This document shows positions 8,940-17,630 of a stretch of 24,000 nt of DNA, in pieces; positions within the stretch are counted from its first letter, which is position 1; each line of letters begins with the position of its first letter. The DNA comes from Alphaproteobacteria bacterium (GTDB lineage: Bacteria; Pseudomonadota; Alphaproteobacteria; UBA828). Both the position numbers and the translations under genes were made by a program. Location of the stretch: NCBI GenBank assembly GCA_030604165.1, contig JAUVWK010000001.1, positions 37,484-61,483 on the forward strand, written 5' to 3'. The notes under the pieces were generated by a model, which was given only the letters and a program-made list of their open reading frames with translations, did not search any database and was not told the origin of the DNA.

Positions 8940-10262
8940 TTAACCACGATCGGCCAGGGGGATGAAGGATCGCTCCGCCGCGCCGGTATAAAGCTGGCGC
9001 GGGCGGCCGATTTTTTGCGACGGGTCTTCGATCATCTCGTTCCACTGCGCGACCCAGCCGACGGTCCGAGCCAGCGCAAAGATGACCGTAAACAATTCCG
9101 GCGGAATGCCGAGGGCCTTCAGGATCAGGCCGGAGTAAAAATCCACGTTGGGATAGAGTTTGCGTTCGATGAAATATTCGTCGTTGAGGGCAATCTTCTC
9201 GAGTTCCACGGCGATCTTCAGCTTGTCGTCGTCGATGCCAAAATCGTCCAGCACCTCGCTGCAGGTCTCACGCAACACCGTGGCGCGTGGATCGTAGTTT
9301 TTGTAGACGCGATGGCCGAAGCCCATCAACCGGAAGGGGTCGTTCTTGTCCTTTGCCCGCGCAATGTATTCAGGGATCTGTTCGACCGTCGGGATTTCTT
9401 CGAGCATGCGAACCACCGCCTCGTTGGCGCCGCCATGGGCGGGGCCCCAAAGCGTGGCGATTCCGGCGGCGATGCAGGCGTAGGGGTTGGCGCCCGACGA
9501 GCCGGCCAGGCGCACCGTCGAGGTCGAGGCGTTTTGTTCATGGTCGGCGTGAAGAATCAGAATTCGGTCCATGGCACGAGCCTGGACCGGGTTGATCTTG
9601 TATTCCTCGCACGGCACCGCGAACAGCATGTGCAAAAAATTCTCGGTGTAGGTCAGGTCGTTGCGCGGATACACGAACGGCTGACCGACGGCATATTTGT
9701 ACGCCATCGCCGCGATGGTGGGCATTTTTGCGATCAGGCGATGGGAGGCGATCATGCGATGGGTGCTGTCCCCGATATCCGTCGCATCGTGATAGAACGC
9801 GGCCAAGGCACCGACCACGCCGATCATCACCGCCATCGGGTGCGCGTCGCGCCGGAACCCCCGATACAGATAGTTGATCTGTTCGTGCACCATCGTGTGC
9901 CTGGTGATGGTGTCGACGAAGTCCTTAGCCTCCGTCTCGTTCGGTAGCTCGCCACGGAGCAGCAGATAGGCCACTTCCAAGAAATCGCTCTGCTCGGCCA
10001 ACTCGCCGATCGGATAGCCACGATGCAGCAAAATGCCCTTTTCGCCATCGATGAAGGTGATCTTGGATTCGCATGCACCGGTCGAGGTGTAGCCCGGGTC
10101 GTAGGTGAAATAACCGGAGCCGCTATACAGCGCACGTATGTCGACTACCGACGGGCCCAAGGTACCGGACAATACCGGCAGCTCCAGCGCTTGACCCGAC
10201 GAGGGATCTGTCAGTGTCACCGATCCGCTGGATTTCGAGGCCTGCTGTGATTTGGCGGACAT
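8940..10262 (-). CDS. gltA: Citrate synthase (type II)
   Basis: Full-length citrate synthase similarity ([26 protein letters not shown], catalytic His/Asp context). The start is set at ATG 10262, which is preceded by AGGAAA 7 nt upstream. The listed 10298 start is a GTG without an SD. Confidence 0.95.
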   Translation of the reverse strand: MSAKSQQASKSSGSVTLTDPSSGQALELPVLSGTLGPSVVDIRALYSGSGYFTYDPGYTSTGACESKITFIDGEKGILLHRGYPIGELAEQSDFLEVAYLLLRGELPNETEAKDFVDTITRHTMVHEQINYLYRGFRRDAHPMAVMIGVVGALAAFYHDATDIGDSTHRMIASHRLIAKMPTIAAMAYKYAVGQPFVYPRNDLTYTENFLHMLFAVPCEEYKINPVQARAMDRILILHADHEQNASTSTVRLAGSSGANPYACIAAGIATLWGPAHGGANEAVVRMLEEIPTVEQIPEYIARAKDKNDPFRLMGFGHRVYKNYDPRATVLRETCSEVLDDFGIDDDKLKIAVELEKIALNDEYFIERKLYPNVDFYSGLILKALGIPPELFTVIFALARTVGWVAQWNEMIEDPSQKIGRPRQLYTGAAERSFIPLADRG

Positions 10263-10444
10263 CGCTGATTTCCTAATGATATCGGACCTCGAAGCCACCC
10301 GGAGGGCCTAGCCGTTGGCCCCGGGGAATAGGTCTTCGGGATACCGGTGAATGTCCCATGGCGGGGCATTTTCCGCGCCCTTTGGACGGACGCGTTCGCG
10401 CCTCTACATGATAATTCCGGAGCCCATTTTTTTCAATTCGCACC

Positions 10445-11860
10445 TCACTCGGTCGTACCGACGTTTAGGGCGTCGTCGATCCGCGCCAGACACTCCGTCC
10501 GGCCCAACGCGTCCAAAACGTCGAATATCCCTGGCGATACGGTGGAGCCGGTCAATGCGGCGCGAAGCGGCTGCGCGATTTTGCCGAGCTTCAACCCCAC
10601 TTGCTCGGAAAACCGCCGGATCGCGTCTTCCAGCGACGACGCCTTCCAGTCCTCGAGGGCGTCCAATTCCGCTCGCAAGCGCGCCAGCATCTCGTGGGCC
10701 TCCGGGGTCAGCAAGCGGGCCGCCTTATCGCTCATAACAAGAGGGCGTGTTTGAAATAAAAACTCAGCGTTTTCAATGATTTCTAGTAATGTTTTCGCGC
10801 GTAACTTTAATCCTGGCATGGCCCGACCGAGGCGCGCGAGGTCCGCTTCGTCAAGGTGCCGTCCGCCCTGTTCGGCGAGGACAGGCGCGATACCTTCCAG
10901 CAGCCGTTCGTCGGTCGCCTCGCGCATGTAGTGGCTATTCAGGCTCAGCAGCTTTTCCGGGTCGAACCGGGCCGGTGCGCGGCCGATCGTATCCAGCTCG
11001 AACCACTCGATCGCTTGCGCCGTGCTAATGATCTCGTCGTCGCCGTGACTCCAGCCTAGGCGCAAAAGATAGTTGCGCATCGCTTCGGGCAGGACGCCCA
11101 TGGCCCGATAGGCACCGAGTGCGACGGCGCCGTGACGCTTGGAAAGCTTGGCCCCGTCCGCGCCGTGGATCAGCGGAATATGCGCATACACCGGCGGCGT
11201 CCAGCCGCAGGCCCGAAACAGCTGGACTTGCCGAAACGCGTTCGTCAGGTGGTCGTCGCCCCGGATCGCGTGTGTGATGCCCATATCGTGGTCATCGACA
11301 ACGACGGCCAGCATATAGGTCGGGCTTCCGTCCGCACGCAGCAGCACCATGTCGTCGAGCTGCTCGTTGGCCGTGCGTACCGCGCCCTGAACCCGGTCGT
11401 CGATCGTCGTTTCCCCGGCCTGCGGCGCCTTGAAACGGATTACCGGTTTGGCGCCGGGCGGCGCTTCGCTCGGGTCGCGGTCGCGCCAACGCCCGTCATA
11501 GCGCGTCGGCTTGCCGGCCGCGCGCGCGGCCTCGCGCATAGCGGTCAGCTCCTCGGGCGTGCAATAGCATTGATATGCTTTGCCTTCCGCGAGCAGCGCG
11601 CGCACGATCTCGGTGTGACGTTCGGCGCGGGTGTATTGGCGCACGGGCGCATCGTCCCATTCGAGGCCGAGCCAAGTCAGCCCGTCGAGGATGGCTTGCA
11701 CGGCTTCTTCCGTGGAGCGTGCGCGGTCCGTGTCTTCGATGCGCAGGCGGAGCGTGCCGCCGTGATGGCGGGCGTAAAGCCAATTGAACAACGCCGTTCG
11801 CGCGCCGCCGATATGGAGAAAACCGGTCGGCGAGGGAGCGAACCGAGTGATAACCGTCAT
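10445..11860 (-). CDS. gltX: Glutamate--tRNA ligase
   Basis: 471 aa class I aaRS. The N-terminus is [22 protein letters not shown] (HIGH motif) and a KLSKRHG (KMSKS) motif is present. It is adjacent to gltA, as in many Alphaproteobacteria. Confidence 0.95.
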   Translation of the reverse strand: MTVITRFAPSPTGFLHIGGARTALFNWLYARHHGGTLRLRIEDTDRARSTEEAVQAILDGLTWLGLEWDDAPVRQYTRAERHTEIVRALLAEGKAYQCYCTPEELTAMREAARAAGKPTRYDGRWRDRDPSEAPPGAKPVIRFKAPQAGETTIDDRVQGAVRTANEQLDDMVLLRADGSPTYMLAVVVDDHDMGITHAIRGDDHLTNAFRQVQLFRACGWTPPVYAHIPLIHGADGAKLSKRHGAVALGAYRAMGVLPEAMRNYLLRLGWSHGDDEIISTAQAIEWFELDTIGRAPARFDPEKLLSLNSHYMREATDERLLEGIAPVLAEQGGRHLDEADLARLGRAMPGLKLRAKTLLEIIENAEFLFQTRPLVMSDKAARLLTPEAHEMLARLRAELDALEDWKASSLEDAIRRFSEQVGLKLGKIAQPLRAALTGSTVSPGIFDVLDALGRTECLARIDDALNVGTTE

Positions 11861-12002
11861 GCTGCCTCGGGCGCGATGCGAGAGATACAGTTCTACCGAG
11901 AAACGGATCGTGGGGATTTAGCACATCCCCGGGCGGTATGGGAATGCGCGTGGCTTCTGGCTCTTCGCTCGCCGCTGTCCGGGCCCTCCCGGGGAGGTCC
12001 CG

Positions 12003-14201
12003 GTGGCGTTGACGCACCGCTTCGGTGCGCGGCCGTTGTGGTACGCCTTGCGTGCTGCGCCGGCGACGGCCCCGGCGATGGTCAAAGCCTCTCTGATGGC
12101 CGAGCGGGACCGCTGGTTCCTCTGGGTGCCGGTCGGCCTCGGCCTCGGCATCGCGGTTTACTTTCTGCTGCTTGGCGAGCCGCCGCTTTGGCTTGGCCCC
12201 GCTTGGACCGGCGGCTTGGCGCTGTTGGCAGTGGCGCTGCGCCGCCGACCCTTGGCGGTGGTGCTGGCCGCGGCGCTTGCGGTGATCGGCTTGGGCTTTT
12301 GCGCCGGCCAGGTGAGAACGGCGCTGGTCGATGCGCCGCTGCTGCAACAGGAAATCGGTCCGACGAGCGTCTACGGCCGCGTCGTGGCGCTCGGCGCGGG
12401 CGAGGGCCGGCAACGCTTCGTCCTGGAGGAAGTCCGCATCGACGGCCTGGCGCCGGCGGCGACGCCGAGGCGCGTGCGCATCACCGCCAACGTTCCGCCG
12501 CCATCCGAGTTTGGCGACCGCGTCGGGCCGGGCGATTGGGTGCGGCTGCGCGCTGTTTTGCGGCCGCCGCCGGCGCCCGTGGCCCCGGGCGCCTGGGACT
12601 TCGCCCGACAGGCCTATTTCGCGCGACTGGGCGCGGTCGGATTCGCGTTCGGCGGGGCGACGCTTGCCGAGCCGCCGGCGAAAGCGACTCGCGGCGGCTT
12701 TTCCGTTTGGCTAACCAAGCTCCGTCATACCGTCGCGGGGCGCGTGTTGGCTGCTCTCGATGGCGGTGCTAACAGCGGTATCGCCGCCGCGCTTTTGACT
12801 GGCGACCGCAGCGCCATACCGAACGACGTCTTGGTGGCCATGCGAAATGCGGGATTGGCGCATTTGTTGGCCATATCCGGTCTCCACATGGGCCTCGTCG
12901 CCGGCATTATTTTCATCGTGGTGCGCGCTTGCCTCGCCTTGTGCGAGCCCTTGGCGTTGCGCTTCGCGGTGAAGAAGTGGGCCGCCGTCGCCGCACTGGT
13001 CGGGGCGTTCGGTTATTTGCTGATCTCGGGCGCGAGCGTGCCGACGCAACGGGCCTTTCTCATGACCGGGCTGGTCTTGCTGGCCGTGCTGCTCGACCGC
13101 ACCAGCCTTTCGATGCGGTTGATCGCCTGGGCTGCCATCGCGCTCCTCTTGATCGCGCCGGAGAGCATGCTTGGCCCGAGCTTTCAAATGTCGTTTGCGG
13201 CGGTCGCCGCGCTGATCGCCACATACGAATATTTGCGCCGCCCCATGGCCCGATGGGCGAGCGGCATGCCGTTCTGGACCCGGCCGCTGGTCTATCTCGC
13301 GGGCGTCGCGCTGACCTCGCTGGTGGCGGGCCTGGCGACCGCGCCCTTCGCGGTCTATCACTTCAATCGGTTCGCCGATTATGGGCTGGTGGCCAACCTG
13401 ATGGCGGTGCCGATGACGGGGCTGTGGATCATGCCGTGGGGGCTGTTAGCGCTGCTCCTGATGCCCGTGGGTTTGGAGGGGCTTGCCCTCGCACCGATGG
13501 GGTGGGGGCTCGACGCGGTCGCTTGGAGCGCGCGCACGGTCGCCGCGTGGCCCGGCGCGGTGACCTTGACCCCGGCCATGCCTTCCCTCGCGCTCGTGGC
13601 GATATCGCTCGGCGGGTTGTGGCGTTGTCTGTGGCGCCGGCGTTGGCGCTTCTTCGGGCTGGCGGGATTTGCCGCGGGTTTCCTCGTCATGGCGCTCGAA
13701 CCCGCACCCGACATTCTGGTCGATGCCGACGGCAAACTGATGGCCATGCGCGCCGAAGACGGGGCCCTTTGGCTGTCGTCGCGCAAGCGCGCCCGCTATG
13801 CCGGCGAAACTTGGCTGCGCCGCGCCGGCCAGAGCGAGGCCGAGCTCTGGCCTTGGCGTGAAGGCGAAGTGGTCGGGCGCGACGGCGAAGCGCCCACGGC
13901 CATCCAATGCGATTCGCTCGGCTGCGTCGCTCGGATCGACGGTCAAATAGTGGCGTTCGTGCAAGATGCGCGGGCGCTCGACGACGACTGCGCCAGCGCC
14001 GATGTCGTCGTGAGCCTGGTGCCGGTGCGCGGCCCTTGCCCATCGGCACACACCGTCATCGACCGCTTCGATCTCTGGCGCGAGGGGGCCCACGCGGTGT
14101 GGCTCGAGGCCGGAAGCGCGCGCGTCGACAGCGTTGCCGGCAGCCGCGGCCAGCGCCCCTGGGCGCGCGTCCGCGCGCGGACAAAAGATCGACAAAAATG
14201 A
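12003..14201 (+). CDS. comEC: ComEC/Rec2 family inner-membrane DNA-uptake channel protein
   Basis: 732 aa polytopic membrane protein with the competence-domain signature AGLAHLLAISGLHMGLV. GTG 12003 is preceded by GGAGG at a 5-nt spacing. ATG 12078 is an alternative start. Confidence 0.85.
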   Translation: MALTHRFGARPLWYALRAAPATAPAMVKASLMAERDRWFLWVPVGLGLGIAVYFLLLGEPPLWLGPAWTGGLALLAVALRRRPLAVVLAAALAVIGLGFCAGQVRTALVDAPLLQQEIGPTSVYGRVVALGAGEGRQRFVLEEVRIDGLAPAATPRRVRITANVPPPSEFGDRVGPGDWVRLRAVLRPPPAPVAPGAWDFARQAYFARLGAVGFAFGGATLAEPPAKATRGGFSVWLTKLRHTVAGRVLAALDGGANSGIAAALLTGDRSAIPNDVLVAMRNAGLAHLLAISGLHMGLVAGIIFIVVRACLALCEPLALRFAVKKWAAVAALVGAFGYLLISGASVPTQRAFLMTGLVLLAVLLDRTSLSMRLIAWAAIALLLIAPESMLGPSFQMSFAAVAALIATYEYLRRPMARWASGMPFWTRPLVYLAGVALTSLVAGLATAPFAVYHFNRFADYGLVANLMAVPMTGLWIMPWGLLALLLMPVGLEGLALAPMGWGLDAVAWSARTVAAWPGAVTLTPAMPSLALVAISLGGLWRCLWRRRWRFFGLAGFAAGFLVMALEPAPDILVDADGKLMAMRAEDGALWLSSRKRARYAGETWLRRAGQSEAELWPWREGEVVGRDGEAPTAIQCDSLGCVARIDGQIVAFVQDARALDDDCASADVVVSLVPVRGPCPSAHTVIDRFDLWREGAHAVWLEAGSARVDSVAGSRGQRPWARVRARTKDRQK

Positions 14202-14210
14202 ATGGTGCTG

Positions 14211-14226
14211 GGCCGCGTTTGCGGCC
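14211..14226. terminator. GC hairpin between the convergent comEC and lexA genes (possible bidirectional terminator)
   Basis: GGCCGC-GTTT-GCGGCC is a perfect 6-bp stem with a 4-nt loop in the 35-nt gap between the two stop codons. There is no clean U-tract on either side. Confidence 0.3.
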
Positions 14227-14236
14227 TGGCCGGTGC

Positions 14237-14956
14237 CTAGTATTTGCGCAGGAGCGCGACTAGCCGACCCTGTACTCGAACCCGGCTGGGTCCGAAAATG
14301 CGGGTTTCGTAGGCCATGTTGGCGGGCTCGAGCGCGATCGACTCGCCTTTGCGGCGCAGCCGCTTCAAGGTCACTTCGTTGTCGTCCACGAGGGCCACCA
14401 CGATGGTGCCGTTTTCGGCCGTATCGCAGCGCTCGACGATCGCGATGTCGCCGCCGAAGATGCCCGCATCGACCATGGAATCGCCTTCGACCTCGAGCGC
14501 ATAGTGCTCGCCGGAGCCGAGCATACTGCTCGGAACGTCGATCATATTGGTGTCGTCGCGCGTGGCCTCGATCGGGGTGCCCGCAGCGATGCGACCGTAC
14601 AGCGGAAGCGAGACCCCCGCGGCTCCGGAGAGATCGTGCGTGTGCTCTCGCTCGTGCCGGAAATCGCCTTCGATCACGCTGGGCTCGAAGCGACCCGCCG
14701 CATCGCCGCGCTGCGTCGCGCTGCCCGCCGCACCGCCATGGGAGGCCGGCAGCTTGACGACCTCGAGCGCGCGTGCCCGGTGCGGCAGGCGGCGCAAAAA
14801 GCCGCGTTCTTCCAGCGCCGTGACCAAACGATGAATGCCGGATTTGGATTTGAGGTTGACCGCCTCTTTCATCTCCTCGAACGAGGGGGCGGTGCCGTGC
14901 TTTTTCAGGTGGGTGTCGACAAAGAGGAGAAGCTCAAGCTGTTTTCTTGTAAGCAC
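14237..14956 (-). CDS. lexA: LexA repressor (SOS regulator)
   Basis: The start is set at GTG 14956, giving [12 protein letters not shown], the canonical LexA N-terminus, with AAGGA 7-8 nt upstream. The Ala-Gly cleavage site ([10 protein letters not shown]), Ser (GDSM) and Lys (TLKRL) catalytic dyad are present. The long linker is typical of alphaproteobacterial LexA. The ORF-track TTG at 15031 is actually a promoter -35 element. Confidence 0.93.
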   Translation of the reverse strand: MLTRKQLELLLFVDTHLKKHGTAPSFEEMKEAVNLKSKSGIHRLVTALEERGFLRRLPHRARALEVVKLPASHGGAAGSATQRGDAAGRFEPSVIEGDFRHEREHTHDLSGAAGVSLPLYGRIAAGTPIEATRDDTNMIDVPSSMLGSGEHYALEVEGDSMVDAGIFGGDIAIVERCDTAENGTIVVALVDDNEVTLKRLRRKGESIALEPANMAYETRIFGPSRVRVQGRLVALLRKY

Positions 14957-14976
14957 CTCAATATCCTTCGACTTTC

Positions 14977-14991
14977 GAACAAAATAGCAAC
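14977..14991 (-). promoter_or_regulatory. Imperfect alphaproteobacterial SOS box (GTTG-N7-GTTC on the lexA strand)
   Basis: The plus strand reads GAAC-AAAATAG-CAAC. That is 7 of 8 matches to the GTTC-N7-GTTC direct-repeat LexA site reported for Rhodobacter, Rhizobium/Sinorhizobium and Caulobacter. It lies 21 nt upstream of the lexA GTG. Confidence 0.6.
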
Positions 14992-15002
14992 TTATCGCGT
15001 TT

Positions 15003-15017
15003 GTTCTAGTTTGGTTC
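15003..15017 (-). promoter_or_regulatory. Perfect alphaproteobacterial SOS box (GAAC-N7-GAAC on the lexA strand)
   Basis: The plus strand reads GTTC-TAGTTTG-GTTC, an exact match to the GTTC-N7-GTTC LexA operator. It overlaps the spacer and -10 of the putative lexA promoter. Confidence 0.8.
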
Positions 15018-15031
15018 CGGCTCCATGTCAA
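15003..15031 (-). promoter_or_regulatory. Putative sigma-70 type lexA promoter
   Basis: On the minus strand: TTGACA (15031-15026), a 17-nt spacer, then TAGAAC (15008-15003). The perfect -35 and 4/6 -10 are embedded in SOS box 1, the classic autoregulatory layout. Confidence 0.5.
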
Positions 15032-15070
15032 GCGTTTCGTCGACGGTTTGGGCCGATCTCACAGCCGATA

Positions 15071-16285
15071 TCACAGTCGATATCGGCCCACGTCGAGCGG
15101 CAGCACTTCGACCGTCCCGCCGGCGGGGATGGCCGGGGCATGGGGTGGGCGCACGATCAGGCAATCGGCCCCCGCCAGCATCGAGAGCATCGAGCTGTCT
15201 TGCTTGCTATAGGGGCTGGCGGTGAGGGCGCCATCCGGCGCCAGCGCGAGCGTCGCCCGCTGGTAATCCTGGCGTTCGTCGTTGGCGCCGAGCTCACGTT
15301 CCGTGCGGGCGACGAGCGGCGGGGCGTCGGCCTCGGTGGCGCCCAACATCGCGTCCATTGCCGGGCGCAGGAAGACCAGGGCACAAACCAGCGAGGAGAC
15401 CGGGTTGCCCGGCAGACCCAGTAAACTTGTCTCGCCGAAGCGCCCGAACATCAGCGGCTTGCCCGGTCGCATGGCGATCTTCCAGAAATCGAGTTCGAGG
15501 CCGACCTCGCCGAGCACGCTTTGGATCAGGTCGTGTTCCCCGACCGACGCGCCGCCCGTGGTGACGAGAAGGTCGGCGCCGCGCGCGCTCTCGGCCATGG
15601 CGCGCAGGGCATCGCGGTCGTCCGGCGCGATGCCGAGGTTGAGCGGCTCGCCGCCGTAGCTCTGCACGGCCGCCGCCAGAGCCAGGGAGTTGGAGCTGAC
15701 GATCTGATTGGCGCCCACGGGGTCTCCCGGCATGACGATTTCATCGCCCGTGGCGAGGATCGCGATACGCGGCCGGCGCCGCACCCTGAGCCAGGGCAGG
15801 TTCATGGCCGCGGCGAAGCCGATGGCGCGCGGGGTCATCCGCCGGCCCGCCACCAGCCCCACGTCACCGGCCTTGAAGTCGAGCCCGGCGGGGCGCACAA
15901 AGCGGCCGCTGGCGGCGCTTTCCTTGATCGTGATGCGTTCGCCGTCGGCCTCGACGTTCTCCTGCATCACGATTGCGTCGGCGCCGTCTGGGACCGGTCC
16001 GCCAGTGAAAATGCGTACCGTCTGGCCGGCAGCCACCGTCCCGGCAAAGCGCTCGCCCGCCGGCGCGCTGCCGATCAGGCGCAGCGTGACCGGGGGCTCG
16101 GCGACGTCCGTCGCGCGCACCGCATAGCCGTCCATCGCCGAGACATCCACCGGCGGCTGGGTGACCCGGGCGCGAAGGTCTTCGGCCAGGACGCGGTTGA
16201 AGGCTTCGGCGATACTCACCGTTTCCGCCGGCAGCGGCGCGAAGGCGGCGGTAATGCGGGCGACGGCTTCTGCGACGGGTATCAT
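15071..16285 (-). CDS. moeA: Molybdopterin molybdenumtransferase MoeA
   Basis: 404 aa. The N-terminal MoeA signature is VSIAEAFNRVLAEDL...PPVDVSAMDGYAVRA. A central MoCF-binding domain (ILATGDEI) and a C-terminal MoeA domain are present. Confidence 0.93.
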   Translation of the reverse strand: MIPVAEAVARITAAFAPLPAETVSIAEAFNRVLAEDLRARVTQPPVDVSAMDGYAVRATDVAEPPVTLRLIGSAPAGERFAGTVAAGQTVRIFTGGPVPDGADAIVMQENVEADGERITIKESAASGRFVRPAGLDFKAGDVGLVAGRRMTPRAIGFAAAMNLPWLRVRRRPRIAILATGDEIVMPGDPVGANQIVSSNSLALAAAVQSYGGEPLNLGIAPDDRDALRAMAESARGADLLVTTGGASVGEHDLIQSVLGEVGLELDFWKIAMRPGKPLMFGRFGETSLLGLPGNPVSSLVCALVFLRPAMDAMLGATEADAPPLVARTERELGANDERQDYQRATLALAPDGALTASPYSKQDSSMLSMLAGADCLIVRPPHAPAIPAGGTVEVLPLDVGRYRL

Positions 16286-16325
16286 GATCGGTCCTGGTTT
16301 TCTTGCGGCTTCGGGATTCTATCCA

Positions 16326-16802
16326 CTAGGCGGCGGTGAAGCTGCCGGATTTGCCACCCGCCTTGTGCGTGAGGCGAAGGTCGGTGATCCGCATGCCGCG
16401 GTCCACCGCCTTGCACATGTCGTAAACCGTAAGCGCGGCGACGCTGGCGCCGGTCAGGGCTTCCATCTCGACCCCGGTACGCGCCGTGATCTTGCAGGTC
16501 ACGCTGATGTCTACGGCGTTGCGCGCCGGGTCGCAGGCGAGATCCACATGCACCGCATTGAGGGCGAGCGGATGGCACAACGGAATCAAGTCGGCGGTGC
16601 GTTTTGCCGCCATGATCCCGGCCAGCCGCGCGACCTGGAGCACGTCGCCCTTTTTCATCTCGCCGGCCATGATTCGCCGCAAGGTATCCGGCTCCATGAG
16701 GACGCTGGCTTGGGCCGTGGCGGTGCGCTCCGTGACGTCCTTGTCCGAGACGTCGACCATGAGCGCCTTGCCCTCTTTATCGAAATGGGTGAGGTCTGAC
16801 AT
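16326..16802 (-). CDS. moaC: Cyclic pyranopterin monophosphate synthase MoaC
   Basis: The start is at ATG 16802 ([11 protein letters not shown]), 2 nt after the trpC stop. The 158-aa product carries MoaC motifs ([50 protein letters not shown]). The ORF-track extension to 16964 overlaps trpC. Confidence 0.93.
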   Translation of the reverse strand: MSDLTHFDKEGKALMVDVSDKDVTERTATAQASVLMEPDTLRRIMAGEMKKGDVLQVARLAGIMAAKRTADLIPLCHPLALNAVHVDLACDPARNAVDISVTCKITARTGVEMEALTGASVAALTVYDMCKAVDRGMRITDLRLTHKAGGKSGSFTAA

Positions 16803-16804
16803 GC

Positions 16805-17620
16805 TCAGCCGCGCGCCCGCAGGCGCTCCTCTCGTCCCAACAAGGCGGCCGTGGCGGCCGCCACGTCGGCTTGGCGCATCAGCGCTTCGCCGACCAGAAA
16901 GCGGCGCACGCCGACGCGGGCCAGGCGCGTCAGGTGCACATGCTTGTGCAAGCCGCTTTCGCACACCGCCGCGCGCCCGTCGGGCAGCAGCGGCGCCAGG
17001 CGCTCCGTCGTGCTCAGGTCCACCTCCAACGTCTTGAGATTGCGGTTGTTGATACCGATCAGCGTGGTCTCGAGCGCGAGCGCGCGCTCAAGCTCGTCCG
17101 CATCGTGCACTTCGACGAGCACGTCCATGCCGTAGTCGCGCGCCGCCGCTTCCAGTTCCTTCGCCTGGGCGTCGGAAAGCGCGGCCACGATCAGCAGAAC
17201 GCAATCGGCGCCGAGCGCCCGAGCCTCGGCCATCTGGTAGGGGTCGAGCATGAAGTCCTTGCGCAGAACCGGCAGCGCGACCGCGGCGCGCGCCGCCTCG
17301 AGATAAGAATCCTGGCCCTGAAAATAGGGTGTGTCGGTGAGCACCGAAAGGCAGGTGGCGCCGCCGTCCCGGTAGGCGCGAGCCAGCGCCGGCGGTTCGA
17401 AGTCGGGCCGGATCAGGCCCTTGCTGGGTGAGGCCTTCTTGAGCTCGGCGATGAGCGCGTGGCCGCCGGCCTCGGCGGTGGCGCTGAGGGCGGCAGCAAA
17501 GCCGCGCGGCCGCTCAGCCGCGCGCGCCGCCGTGTCCAACGCGGCGAAGGACCTGCGGGCCTTGGCGGCGGCGATGTGTTCGCGCTTGGCGGCGCAGATC
17601 TTGGCCAGGACGTCGCTCAT
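16805..17620 (-). CDS. trpC: Indole-3-glycerol phosphate synthase
   Basis: 271 aa TIM-barrel protein with TrpC motifs ([53 protein letters not shown]). Confidence 0.95.
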   Translation of the reverse strand: MSDVLAKICAAKREHIAAAKARRSFAALDTAARAAERPRGFAAALSATAEAGGHALIAELKKASPSKGLIRPDFEPPALARAYRDGGATCLSVLTDTPYFQGQDSYLEAARAAVALPVLRKDFMLDPYQMAEARALGADCVLLIVAALSDAQAKELEAAARDYGMDVLVEVHDADELERALALETTLIGINNRNLKTLEVDLSTTERLAPLLPDGRAAVCESGLHKHVHLTRLARVGVRRFLVGEALMRQADVAAATAALLGREERLRARG

Positions 17621-17630
17621 CTACGATCCT

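Noticed and set aside
10351-10373. Plus-strand hairpin ATGTCCC-ATGGC-GGGGCAT followed by TTTT in the gltX-gltA spacer, considered as a possible terminator.
   Set aside because: It is oriented on the plus strand, where there is no upstream gene to terminate. On the minus (gene) strand the G-U pair becomes a C-A mismatch and no U-tract follows.
11890-11904. Near-SOS boxes: GTTC-N7-AAAC upstream of comEC/gltX (11890-11904) and GAAC-N7-AAAC in the 20.4-kb intergenic region (20458-20472).
   Set aside because: The second tetramer is mismatched in both. Single-mismatch hits to an 8-nt specification are expected by chance. There is no second box or promoter overlap.
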